Source: Pseudomonadota bacterium
Lineage (GTDB): Bacteria > Bdellovibrionota_B > Oligoflexia > Silvanigrellales > Silvanigrellaceae
NCBI GenBank assembly: GCA_039799905.1
Contig: JBDLRP010000039.1
Coordinates: forward strand, 32,001 to 96,000
DNA length: 64,000 nt
Reading direction: 5' to 3'
Positions 26,841-34,738 of this stretch are shown piece by piece (position 1 is the stretch's first letter; each line of letters begins with the position of its first letter). The notes beneath the pieces are model-generated. The model saw only the letters and a program-made list of their open reading frames with translations. It did not search any database and had not been told where the DNA came from. The translations under genes were made by a program, and so were the position numbers.

Positions 26841-28148
26841 AAGAGTCGAGCCCACTCCTGAATGACCGCGTCCCGACCACGGCAACCAAGCTGAAACCCG
26901 GTCGCAGCAGTTCAAGTAGCCGGTGCCGGTGTTGACCTGCTTGAGAATTTTTTCCCCGCGTTCAAGATTCCTGCAATAGACCGACGAAGTCAGGCCATAC
27001 TCTGAGTCGTTCATCAGCTCCACTGCCTGTGCATCGTCCATAACCTTCATAACGCCAATCAGCGGACCGAACGTTTCTTCGCGCATCAAATCCATCGAGT
27101 GGTTGGCGTTGAGCAGCAGCGTGGGCGGAAAGAAATTGCCCTTGCCCTGTTGCGCCTGTCCGCCCAAAACGAGTTTCGCTCCCTTGCCGACCGCATCCTG
27201 AACCTGCGCCTGCAAAAACGGAATGTGCTCCTTGCGTGTGATGGCGCCGCAGAGCGTTTTGGAGTCGAGCGGATCACCGAGTGTCCACGCCTGCATTTTT
27301 GCCTTCAATTTCTCGACGAATGCATCGTGAATTTTTTCATGCACATAAACACGTTCCACAGCGCAGCAGCTTTGCCCGTTGTTGTAGAGTACGCCTTCCG
27401 CAACCGCATCGGCAACCGTCTCGAGATCGCCGCACTCATCGGTTACGTAAAGAGGATCCTTGCCGCCCAACTCCATGATCAGACGGGTCATGCGGCCTGC
27501 CACAGCTTCGGAAATCTTCTTTCCTGTCGCATATGAGCCGGTAAAACCCACACAATCAAAAGGAAGTTGCAGGAGCTGCTCTCCAATCTGCCCCTCGCCC
27601 ACGACACTGATGAAAACTTCCTGCGGCACGCCAGCTTCATGCAGCAGACGGGTGAGATGCAGGCCGGTGAGTGTCGAATATTCAGACGGCTTGTATATGA
27701 CGGCGTTTCCGCACAGCAGCGCTGGCAGAAAAACATTGAAGCCTACAAGAATCGGGTAATTCCACGCAGAGATGTTCAGCACAACGCCGAGCGGATCGAA
27801 CGCCAGAACTTCGGCTGTGTTGCCATCCTGACGAACCTTCTCCGGTGCGAGAGTTTTCTCGATCTCTTCGCAGAAAAAGCGAATTTTATTCATACTGCCG
27901 TTGACTTCATTGCGAGCCTGCTGCAGAGGTTTGCCCATTTCGAGCGACATGTCGCGCGCGACAATCTCAATGTCACGCTTCAACAACTCGCCGAAGGCCT
28001 TGATGAGCGCAACCCGCTCGGCCGTCGGGCGTGCGGCCCATGCAGGTTGCGCAGCACGTGCAACAGCAAATTTTTCGCGGACGGAGGCCAGATCATCAGT
28101 GTCAACGGAGCGGATCAGCTCGCCGGTGGCAGGATTTTGAATTTTCAT
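26784..28148 (-). CDS. NAD(P)-dependent aldehyde dehydrogenase
   Basis: Start MKIQNPATGE; WNYP, FTGSYATG, ELGGKDP, NNGQSCC and EETFGP. Confidence 0.95.
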   Translation of the reverse strand: MKIQNPATGELIRSVDTDDLASVREKFAVARAAQPAWAARPTAERVALIKAFGELLKRDIEIVARDMSLEMGKPLQQARNEVNGSMNKIRFFCEEIEKTLAPEKVRQDGNTAEVLAFDPLGVVLNISAWNYPILVGFNVFLPALLCGNAVIYKPSEYSTLTGLHLTRLLHEAGVPQEVFISVVGEGQIGEQLLQLPFDCVGFTGSYATGKKISEAVAGRMTRLIMELGGKDPLYVTDECGDLETVADAVAEGVLYNNGQSCCAVERVYVHEKIHDAFVEKLKAKMQAWTLGDPLDSKTLCGAITRKEHIPFLQAQVQDAVGKGAKLVLGGQAQQGKGNFFPPTLLLNANHSMDLMREETFGPLIGVMKVMDDAQAVELMNDSEYGLTSSVYCRNLERGEKILKQVNTGTGYLNCCDRVSAWLPWSGRGHSGVGSTLSRLGIYAFCHAKGLHLRS

Positions 28149-28176
28149 GTCGTCTCCCTCAATTTCAAATTTTATT

Positions 28177-28971
28177 TCAGATTTTTCTGCGCTGTTTCTC
28201 TTTTCGCACGGCTGCAAGAAAGTCGCCGATGATCGGAGCCGGATCATCAACCACCGTGCCGAGTGTCGGTGAAAACTCAGGATGCCACTGCACGCCGGCA
28301 ACATAACGTTCTGCAAAATCCTTGTGCGTGAATGCCTCAATGATTCCATCGCTCGAGCTTTGCGCCTCGGCGCGCAGATCGTGGCCCAGCAGCTTGACAC
28401 ATTGGTGATGCACGGAATTCACCTCAAGCTGTGTTTTTTTATAAAGCCCGTGCAGCCAGCCACCCTGCTCCAGCGTTACGCCATGATGAACGCGATCGTA
28501 GGTCTGCGCATTGCGGTGTTCGGTAGAGGTTTGCAGCAAAGTCGGAATGTCCTGATGCAGAGTGCCACCAAAGTAACAATTGAGAACTTGAAATCCGCGG
28601 CAGATTCCCAGCATCGGCAAACGCTTTTTAAAAAAGTAGTCGGCCAAATACAGTTCATATATATCGCGGTGTCTGTCGCCCGCCCAGCGGGATCGATCGA
28701 GATACGGCTCGCCGTATGTTTCCGGACAGACATCAGCGCCACCCTGAAAAACAATCCCGTCCAATTCATCGAGTATCGGATTGAGCCGCTCCTGCGGCAG
28801 ATCGGGAATCAGCACCGGAAAGACGCCTGCTTGGGCGACATAGCGGGCCATGTCGTTTTCAAGGTAGGTGAGGCTCTTGTGCCCGAACACGACACGGTTC
28901 ACATCGGGATACATGAAACAGGCACTCAGACCGATTTTCAACATTGGCAAGCTCCCCGTGTCAGGACTCAC
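28177..28971 (-). CDS. Gamma-glutamyl-gamma-aminobutyrate hydrolase family (peptidase C26, PuuD-like)
   Basis: GGADV.P..YG, LGICRGFQ, VNSVHHQ and VQWHPE. Confidence 0.92.
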   Translation of the reverse strand: MSPDTGSLPMLKIGLSACFMYPDVNRVVFGHKSLTYLENDMARYVAQAGVFPVLIPDLPQERLNPILDELDGIVFQGGADVCPETYGEPYLDRSRWAGDRHRDIYELYLADYFFKKRLPMLGICRGFQVLNCYFGGTLHQDIPTLLQTSTEHRNAQTYDRVHHGVTLEQGGWLHGLYKKTQLEVNSVHHQCVKLLGHDLRAEAQSSSDGIIEAFTHKDFAERYVAGVQWHPEFSPTLGTVVDDPAPIIGDFLAAVRKEKQRRKI

Positions 28972-28974
28972 AAA

Positions 28975-30135
28975 TCACAGCTGGAACGCCTTGCGGAATA
29001 GAGCTTCGAAATCGGCGCGGCTGACTGGTTTTGGATTGCATTGATGACATGCATCCGCCACAGCCAGCTCACTGAGCTCGGACAAACGGCCGGCATCCAG
29101 CTTCATGTCTTTGAGCGAAGCAGGAATCGCAAGTTTTGTGTTGAGCTGGCGGACCCACTGGATGAGGTCCTGCGTACCGATGATTTTTTCAAGATATTTG
29201 TATTTATCTGCACAGACATCTTTATTGAACTCAAGTCCGTAGGGCATCATCACAGCATTGGCGAGGCCATGGTGCGTGTCGAACACGGTCGAGAGCGGAT
29301 GCGCCATCGAGTGAATGATTCCCAGTCCTTTTTGGAAGGCGGTTGCTCCCATCAAAGATGCAATCATCATTTTGGCTCGCGCCTGCAGATCGTCGGGTTT
29401 GTGCGTGGCGGTTTCGATGGACTCAGAAATCAGCCGGATGGCTTCAACAGCGATACCATCGCAGAGCGGCGAAACGCCCTTCGACAAAAACGCTTCGACG
29501 TTGTGTGTCAGAGCGTCCATTCCTGTCGCGGCAGTCACACCCGCGGGCAGATCAACAGTCAGAGCCGGATCGGCAAAAACCTTACTTGCAATCAAACGCG
29601 GCGAGAACAGAATTCTCTTTTTGTGCGAAACATTCTCAGCAATCACAGTACTGCGGCCCACTTCACTTCCAGTTCCGCTGGTCGTCGGCACTGTGATGAA
29701 CGGAGGAACTTTTTCGGTCACATACTGATCACCGCCCAACGCATCGTCGTAATCAAACAACGGACGGGTGTGGTAGGCCTTGAGAACAATCGCCCGCGCA
29801 ACGTCGAGACTCGCTCCGCCGCCCAGCCCGATAACACCATCGCAATTTTCTTTGTGAAAGTGTTCGGTGCCGTTGAGAACATCCGACTCAACCGGATTTT
29901 TTGAAATTCCGGAATAAACTGTTGGCGAAATCTTTGCAGCTTCCAGAGCGGCAAGAATTTTTTTGAAAAAGGGCAGCTGGGTGACTGCCTTGTCAGAAAC
30001 AATCAACGGCCGTTTCCAGCCCTGAGCCTGCAGGTAGGCGGGCATTTCTTCGATAACGCCGACTCCAAAGCGGATGGAAGTCGGAAAGTTGTAGCCATAG
30101 CGTCCGGTCCAGTTCATGTCTGACTCCTTCTTCAT
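28975..30135 (-). CDS. Iron-containing alcohol dehydrogenase
   Basis: GLGGGASLD, PTTSGTGSE, GMDALTHNVE and HSMAH...HHG metal ligands. Confidence 0.95.
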   Translation of the reverse strand: MKKESDMNWTGRYGYNFPTSIRFGVGVIEEMPAYLQAQGWKRPLIVSDKAVTQLPFFKKILAALEAAKISPTVYSGISKNPVESDVLNGTEHFHKENCDGVIGLGGGASLDVARAIVLKAYHTRPLFDYDDALGGDQYVTEKVPPFITVPTTSGTGSEVGRSTVIAENVSHKKRILFSPRLIASKVFADPALTVDLPAGVTAATGMDALTHNVEAFLSKGVSPLCDGIAVEAIRLISESIETATHKPDDLQARAKMMIASLMGATAFQKGLGIIHSMAHPLSTVFDTHHGLANAVMMPYGLEFNKDVCADKYKYLEKIIGTQDLIQWVRQLNTKLAIPASLKDMKLDAGRLSELSELAVADACHQCNPKPVSRADFEALFRKAFQL

Positions 30136-31490
30136 ATGATCTCAAAATATCTTTTTCGTTCCCAGTCTGTCACAGCCTTTGAATATTCACGCCACTCCCA
30201 CAGACGGGTGTTGGTAAAGTGCTCGACAAATTCAGCTCCCAGCAGTTCACGGGCAAGCTTTGAGTCGCGCATAGCGGTGCTCGCCTCAAACAGGTTGCGC
30301 GGCAGCGTGCCATTGGACTTGTCGGCATAGCCGTTACCTTTTGTCTGTTTCACCTTGAGCGGAAGCTTGTGTTTGATTCCATAAAGACCAGATGCCAGTG
30401 CGGCTGCCATCGCCAGATATGGATTCGCGTCAGCACCCACAACTCTGAGCTCCAGTCGGGTGGATTTGTCGGATCCTGGAAGTGCGCGCAGTGCTGTGGT
30501 GCGATTGTCAATGCCCCATGTGAGAGTGGTTGGTGCCCATGCTCCCTCGACGAGGCGCTTGAAGCTGTTGACCGTCGGAGCATACATGGGTGTGAGGTGC
30601 GGCATGCAGTGCAACACACCTGCCATGTAATGCTTCATCGTTTCGCTCATGTGGTCGGGCGACTTGGCATCATAAAAAATGTTCTTTCCGTTCTTCCACA
30701 AACTTTGATGCACATGCCCAGAGCTTCCGGGAAGAGCTGCATTCCACTTCGCCATGAAGGTCGGAATGACGCCATGAAAACTGCCAATCTCTTTGACCGC
30801 AGCCTTGAACAGCACCGCGCGGTCGGCAGCCTCAAGAATGTCGCTATACAAGATGGCGGCCTCATAAACACCCGGCCCCGTCTCGGTGTGCAGACCTTCC
30901 AGCGGAACATTGTACTTGCCGAGAAGATCGAAAAGATCATTGAAAAAGCCATTGTTTTGAATAGGACGCAGCAGCGAATACCCAAACATACCCTTGCTGA
31001 GCGTCTCGGGTTCATGAAATCCTTTTTCATGCAGAGTCTCGGAGCTTTCAGTGAAATTGAACCACTCGAATTCCTGACTGAAGAATGCAGAGAATCCCAA
31101 TTTTTCGGCCTGCGACTTGATCTTCTTGAGCAGATTGCGCGGACAAATCGGCAGCGGTTCGCCGGCTGCAGTCCAAAAGTCACCAAGAATAAAGGGAACG
31201 TCGTGATCCCAAGGAACAGTCCGGTAGGTGGAAAGATCCAAATAAACCTGCGAGTCGGGGTAGCCTGAATGCCAACCGGTGTAAGAGACGTTGTCGTAAC
31301 AGACGTCAGCTGAATCCCAGCCAAGCACGACGCTGCAAAAACCGAGCCCGCCGGTGGCCACCGATTCAAATTTCTTTTGATGAATCACTTTTCCACGCAA
31401 AACCCCGTCCATATCGGTGACTGCGAGCTTCACCTTTTGGCCGGGGTAGCGTTTGATCAGTTCCAGAACATCGTTTTTTTTCGCCGCCAT
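30132..31490 (-). CDS. Glutamine synthetase-like gamma-glutamylamide synthetase
   Basis: DMDGVLRGK, EFEWF, HTETGPGVYE, TFMAK, SGHVHQSL, NSFKRL, WGIDNRT, RLELRVVGADANPY and VTDWE; clustered with C26 hydrolase, ADH and ALDH. Confidence 0.92.
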   Translation of the reverse strand: MAAKKNDVLELIKRYPGQKVKLAVTDMDGVLRGKVIHQKKFESVATGGLGFCSVVLGWDSADVCYDNVSYTGWHSGYPDSQVYLDLSTYRTVPWDHDVPFILGDFWTAAGEPLPICPRNLLKKIKSQAEKLGFSAFFSQEFEWFNFTESSETLHEKGFHEPETLSKGMFGYSLLRPIQNNGFFNDLFDLLGKYNVPLEGLHTETGPGVYEAAILYSDILEAADRAVLFKAAVKEIGSFHGVIPTFMAKWNAALPGSSGHVHQSLWKNGKNIFYDAKSPDHMSETMKHYMAGVLHCMPHLTPMYAPTVNSFKRLVEGAWAPTTLTWGIDNRTTALRALPGSDKSTRLELRVVGADANPYLAMAAALASGLYGIKHKLPLKVKQTKGNGYADKSNGTLPRNLFEASTAMRDSKLARELLGAEFVEHFTNTRLWEWREYSKAVTDWERKRYFEII

Positions 31491-31556
31491 TTTCGCAGTC
31501 TCCCGCACAGCTCAGATGAGAAGGTGCGAGTATCGTACGAAACAGCGGCGCTTAGG

Positions 31557-32075
31557 TCAGTTGTTATTAGCTGTCAGTCCTTTGACTCCGGCGATATTGG
31601 AAGATTTAGTTCTGCAATTCGGAACAGCAAAAATCAGTTTACCGTCGGAATCGCTCACCTTTACTTCGCCTTGATTGTACTGAACGAGAGCAGACGACAA
31701 CTTTTTCTCACCGGGTGCTTTGCCGCCGGTTGTTTTGAGCGAAGTCGAAAGCAGCAGAAGACGCGCAGATTCTTTTGAAATTGAATTAAAGTCGAAGACG
31801 GTGTTCACCGAGCCTTGAATGCTCTGCTTTATGTGTGATGTGCCGTCGACCGAAGTGTACATCAGCGAACGGACCACAGACGCCGAATTTTTTTCTATCG
31901 TAAGGGTGAGGCGATCACTGACTCTCATTCCTCTGCCGATATCCGTGCTGCGCAGGCATTGCACAACCATTGACGAAGAGCCAATCGAACTGAGGTCAGA
32001 ATCTGAACTCTGAGTTTGAGCACCGCAGGAAACGAAAACAAAAGACGAAGCGAAAGCGACAAAAATTCTCAACAT
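31557..32075 (-). CDS. Hypothetical lipoprotein
   Basis: MLRIFVAFASSFVFVS-C lipobox. Confidence 0.75.
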   Translation of the reverse strand: MLRIFVAFASSFVFVSCGAQTQSSDSDLSSIGSSSMVVQCLRSTDIGRGMRVSDRLTLTIEKNSASVVRSLMYTSVDGTSHIKQSIQGSVNTVFDFNSISKESARLLLLSTSLKTTGGKAPGEKKLSSALVQYNQGEVKVSDSDGKLIFAVPNCRTKSSNIAGVKGLTANNN

Positions 32076-32110
32076 AAAAACCCCCGTCATGCACTGTGTG
32101 AGGGTGTTTA

Positions 32111-32126
32111 AGCAACTCGCTTGCCA
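32111..32126 (-). promoter_or_regulatory. Sigma-54 (-24/-12) promoter
   Basis: TGGCAA-GCGAG-TTGCT, 36 nt upstream of the lipoprotein ATG, with an AT-rich tract upstream. Confidence 0.7.
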
Positions 32127-32253
32127 AGCATAAAGCATTGTAATTAATCAATAAAAATACACTTACAAGTGTCCAAGAATCAGACAATGAGAGATTTTTC
32201 ATTGCAGCGAAGGTCTTCAGCTTAAACAGCTCATAACATCTGATGATTCTATT

Positions 32254-33339
32254 TCAGAAACGGACGGATGCATGAATTCCCAAGCCGCTGGTTTCTGTCC
32301 GTTGCTGTTTTTTATTATCGGCTTCGCTGTAGTTGAGGACCTGAAGCGAGTACCTGTAACCCACGCCGAATGGCCCAAACAGATTTCGAATTCCAAAAAA
32401 CGCACTCACGTGCAAGCTGTCGGCCGGAAGGGTTGTCAGTGCGGCCTGAGCACCCAAATCTTCGAGCGGCGAGCGTGCGGTTGAGGGAGTAAAGCTGACG
32501 TCTGTCTGAGAGCTGAACATGTATTTTGCAGCCGCATCGAAACCAATTTTGTCGGTCACAAGATCAAACCCTGACACACCCAACAAGTAAACACCAGAAG
32601 TCGTGCCTTCTCTGTTCCCGAGCGTTCCAAGACTCAATGAGCTTTTCGACTGCGAGTATCCCGGCCCCGCGTCGACAAAAAAGTTGAGCGTTGATGTTGA
32701 GAGGCGGCCATGAATCCAATGGTCGTAGGAGCTGATCTCGGGATACTCGGTACCACTGCCGTGTGCTTTTTCGTAGGTCAGCGTGTAGTGCGCAGAAACG
32801 TGCTGCACAATTGCAACTCCGGTGTCGCTGCGGAACAGGTTCCGCCTGCTTGTAGGCTGTGGACCGCCACTGACAACGCCCAGCCGCTGCTCAAAGAGCT
32901 GACGAATAAAACGATAATAAATCGGAAGCCGTACTCCGCCCCATGTGCGTTGATAAGTGCCGCTCTGTTGGGTTTTACCTGACTCGTCGATCGTGATGGT
33001 ACCTACGGCATAGCCCAGCGAAGGCTCGACGACTGCACCCGGATTTCCAGGAACCAACGGAACTCCGTTGACACCCAAGTATCCACCTGCTTCACCCTGC
33101 AGGAGAGTTCGCTTGCTTTGCGGATTATGAGCATACTCAAAACCAAGCACGGGTCGCAGCTCAATGCCAAACGCAGCCGGCTTCCAATCAGGAAGCAAAG
33201 CACTCGCAACGGGCGCGGCCTCTTCTTCCGCAAGTGCTGTGCTTGAAAACGAGAAAACACTCAGTGCGGTAACCGCCGCGAGAACTATTGCAGAAAAGGG
33301 CGCAGTCACGAGGACAGACACGTCGACCTCCAAACGCAT
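32254..33339 (-). CDS. Putative outer-membrane beta-barrel protein
   Basis: Signal peptide (ALA-EE), alternating amphipathic strands and terminal GIHASVRF. Confidence 0.7.
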   Translation of the reverse strand: MRLEVDVSVLVTAPFSAIVLAAVTALSVFSFSSTALAEEEAAPVASALLPDWKPAAFGIELRPVLGFEYAHNPQSKRTLLQGEAGGYLGVNGVPLVPGNPGAVVEPSLGYAVGTITIDESGKTQQSGTYQRTWGGVRLPIYYRFIRQLFEQRLGVVSGGPQPTSRRNLFRSDTGVAIVQHVSAHYTLTYEKAHGSGTEYPEISSYDHWIHGRLSTSTLNFFVDAGPGYSQSKSSLSLGTLGNREGTTSGVYLLGVSGFDLVTDKIGFDAAAKYMFSSQTDVSFTPSTARSPLEDLGAQAALTTLPADSLHVSAFFGIRNLFGPFGVGYRYSLQVLNYSEADNKKQQRTETSGLGIHASVRF

Positions 33340-33406
33340 ATGGCAATCATAATGGGTTGCTTATCCCATTATGATTGCCACCAAACGCTGAAGTATTCAA
33401 TCAGTG

Positions 33407-34540
33407 TCACTCTGCCTGAGTGCAGTTGCTGAGGTATTTTTTGTCGATGAAGCCGCGCGACACTTTGTAGAAATCCGAACCTTCGACAGTCGCAAAAACC
33501 GTGACAGGCCAGTCTATGCGGTAGAATGTCGAAACTCGATTTTCCACGCCGTCCACTGGAACATTGAGGTACACCGGAGCAATACCGGACGAAGATTCTA
33601 CGCTTGAAATCTTGCAAAACATCTTGCCCGAAATGAGTTTCGGCTGCGGAGCAGGCTGAGCCACCGGCGCCTGTGGCGCTGCTTCTACCACAGGAGGCTG
33701 CGTTGCAGGTTGCTCTGGTTTTGCGGTCTGAACGGGCGATGGTGTTGGACGTGGCGCGGGTTGCATCACAGAACCAACGGCTGGATCGGTGGCCCAGTTG
33801 CCGACAACCACACGCATATCAAGTGAGGAAACTCCCTTTGTGACAGTCCAGCGGTCGTTTGCAGCGCGCGATTCCATTGCCTTGACTTGCCCCGCATAGC
33901 CGCTCAGGCCATCGAAGGTGTTGAGAATCGTGTGAAACACAGATTTGATTTTAGCGTTCGGATTTCGCACGCAGCCACCCGAAACGCGCCTGTCGGAAGG
34001 GTTTGGCAATTCGAGAATCTCTTCAGCCGAGTTGCCGTGCATTCCATATGCACCATTGAACCATAAAACATACTTTCCGAGCGGATTGCGCGAACCGCAG
34101 GCGCCGTATATTTGCGGGTTCTGGGCGAAGACACGCTGACGTTCCTGCTCGCTGGAAACAACTCTTCCGGTGGCAGGATTGACCGGATTGCGCGGGTACC
34201 ACGCAGGGCAAACTTGCATATCTTCGACATTAAAAATGCCTGTCGGTGTAAAGTGCGGCCGGCCATTGTGCCACTCACCGGTCACATCACCACTGGCAAT
34301 ATTCCACTGATCTACTGCAACACCGCTCTTGTACATGGTCGCACGGTTTGTTTTGAGATTGAGGCGGAAAGCGATTTTGGCCTGCAGCGCAGATTGAACC
34401 TGCGAGCCAGATAAGCCTCCCACAGCCCACATCACTTCTGAATCGGTGTCGGTTTGAGCTTTGACGCAGGCCGTTGATAAAAGCACTGCTGCGATTCCGA
34501 CGGCAGACAAAACTGAAGAGAACTTCTTAATGCTTTTCAT
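33407..34540 (-). CDS. L,D-transpeptidase (YkuD domain) lipoprotein with Pro-rich linker and C-terminal SH3-like domain
   Basis: Start MKSIKKF, lipobox STA-C; TPTG.F, NPLG, YGMHG and SGGCVRN. Confidence 0.9.
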   Translation of the reverse strand: MKSIKKFSSVLSAVGIAAVLLSTACVKAQTDTDSEVMWAVGGLSGSQVQSALQAKIAFRLNLKTNRATMYKSGVAVDQWNIASGDVTGEWHNGRPHFTPTGIFNVEDMQVCPAWYPRNPVNPATGRVVSSEQERQRVFAQNPQIYGACGSRNPLGKYVLWFNGAYGMHGNSAEEILELPNPSDRRVSGGCVRNPNAKIKSVFHTILNTFDGLSGYAGQVKAMESRAANDRWTVTKGVSSLDMRVVVGNWATDPAVGSVMQPAPRPTPSPVQTAKPEQPATQPPVVEAAPQAPVAQPAPQPKLISGKMFCKISSVESSSGIAPVYLNVPVDGVENRVSTFYRIDWPVTVFATVEGSDFYKVSRGFIDKKYLSNCTQAE

Positions 34541-34592
34541 ATGGCCCCCAAGATGCGGAATCGGCTCCGCCCATGCACACTGCCGTCCACAC

Positions 34593-34608
34593 AGCAAGAC
34601 GCGTTCCA
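34593..34608 (-). promoter_or_regulatory. Sigma-54 promoter of the L,D-transpeptidase
   Basis: TGGAAC-GCGTC-TTGCT, 53 nt upstream of ATG 34540. Confidence 0.6.
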
Positions 34609-34674
34609 TCCGGATGGGAGTGTTTAACTTGGCAAAAACAGGGAATATTCGGCCGCAAAGATTTCTAAAGATTG

Positions 34675-34715
34675 AAAAAAAAATCGACACCCTTTTCAGA
34701 GGTGTCGATTTTTTT
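34675..34715. terminator. Bidirectional-type Rho-independent terminator
   Basis: A-tract TCGACACC-N9-GGTGTCGA T-tract, about 24 nt after the stop of 34739..37195. Confidence 0.85.
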
Positions 34716-34738
34716 ATCACTCAGTCCGAACACTTTAT

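Noticed and set aside
28149..28400. N-terminal extension of the aldehyde dehydrogenase in the ORF track
   Set aside because: It overlaps the C26 hydrolase; the real start is MKIQNPATG at 28148, with an RBS.
30132..31490. Housekeeping glnA
   Set aside because: Context with C26 hydrolase, ADH and ALDH, and the lack of a recognisable adenylylation-site motif, favour a gamma-glutamylamide ligase.
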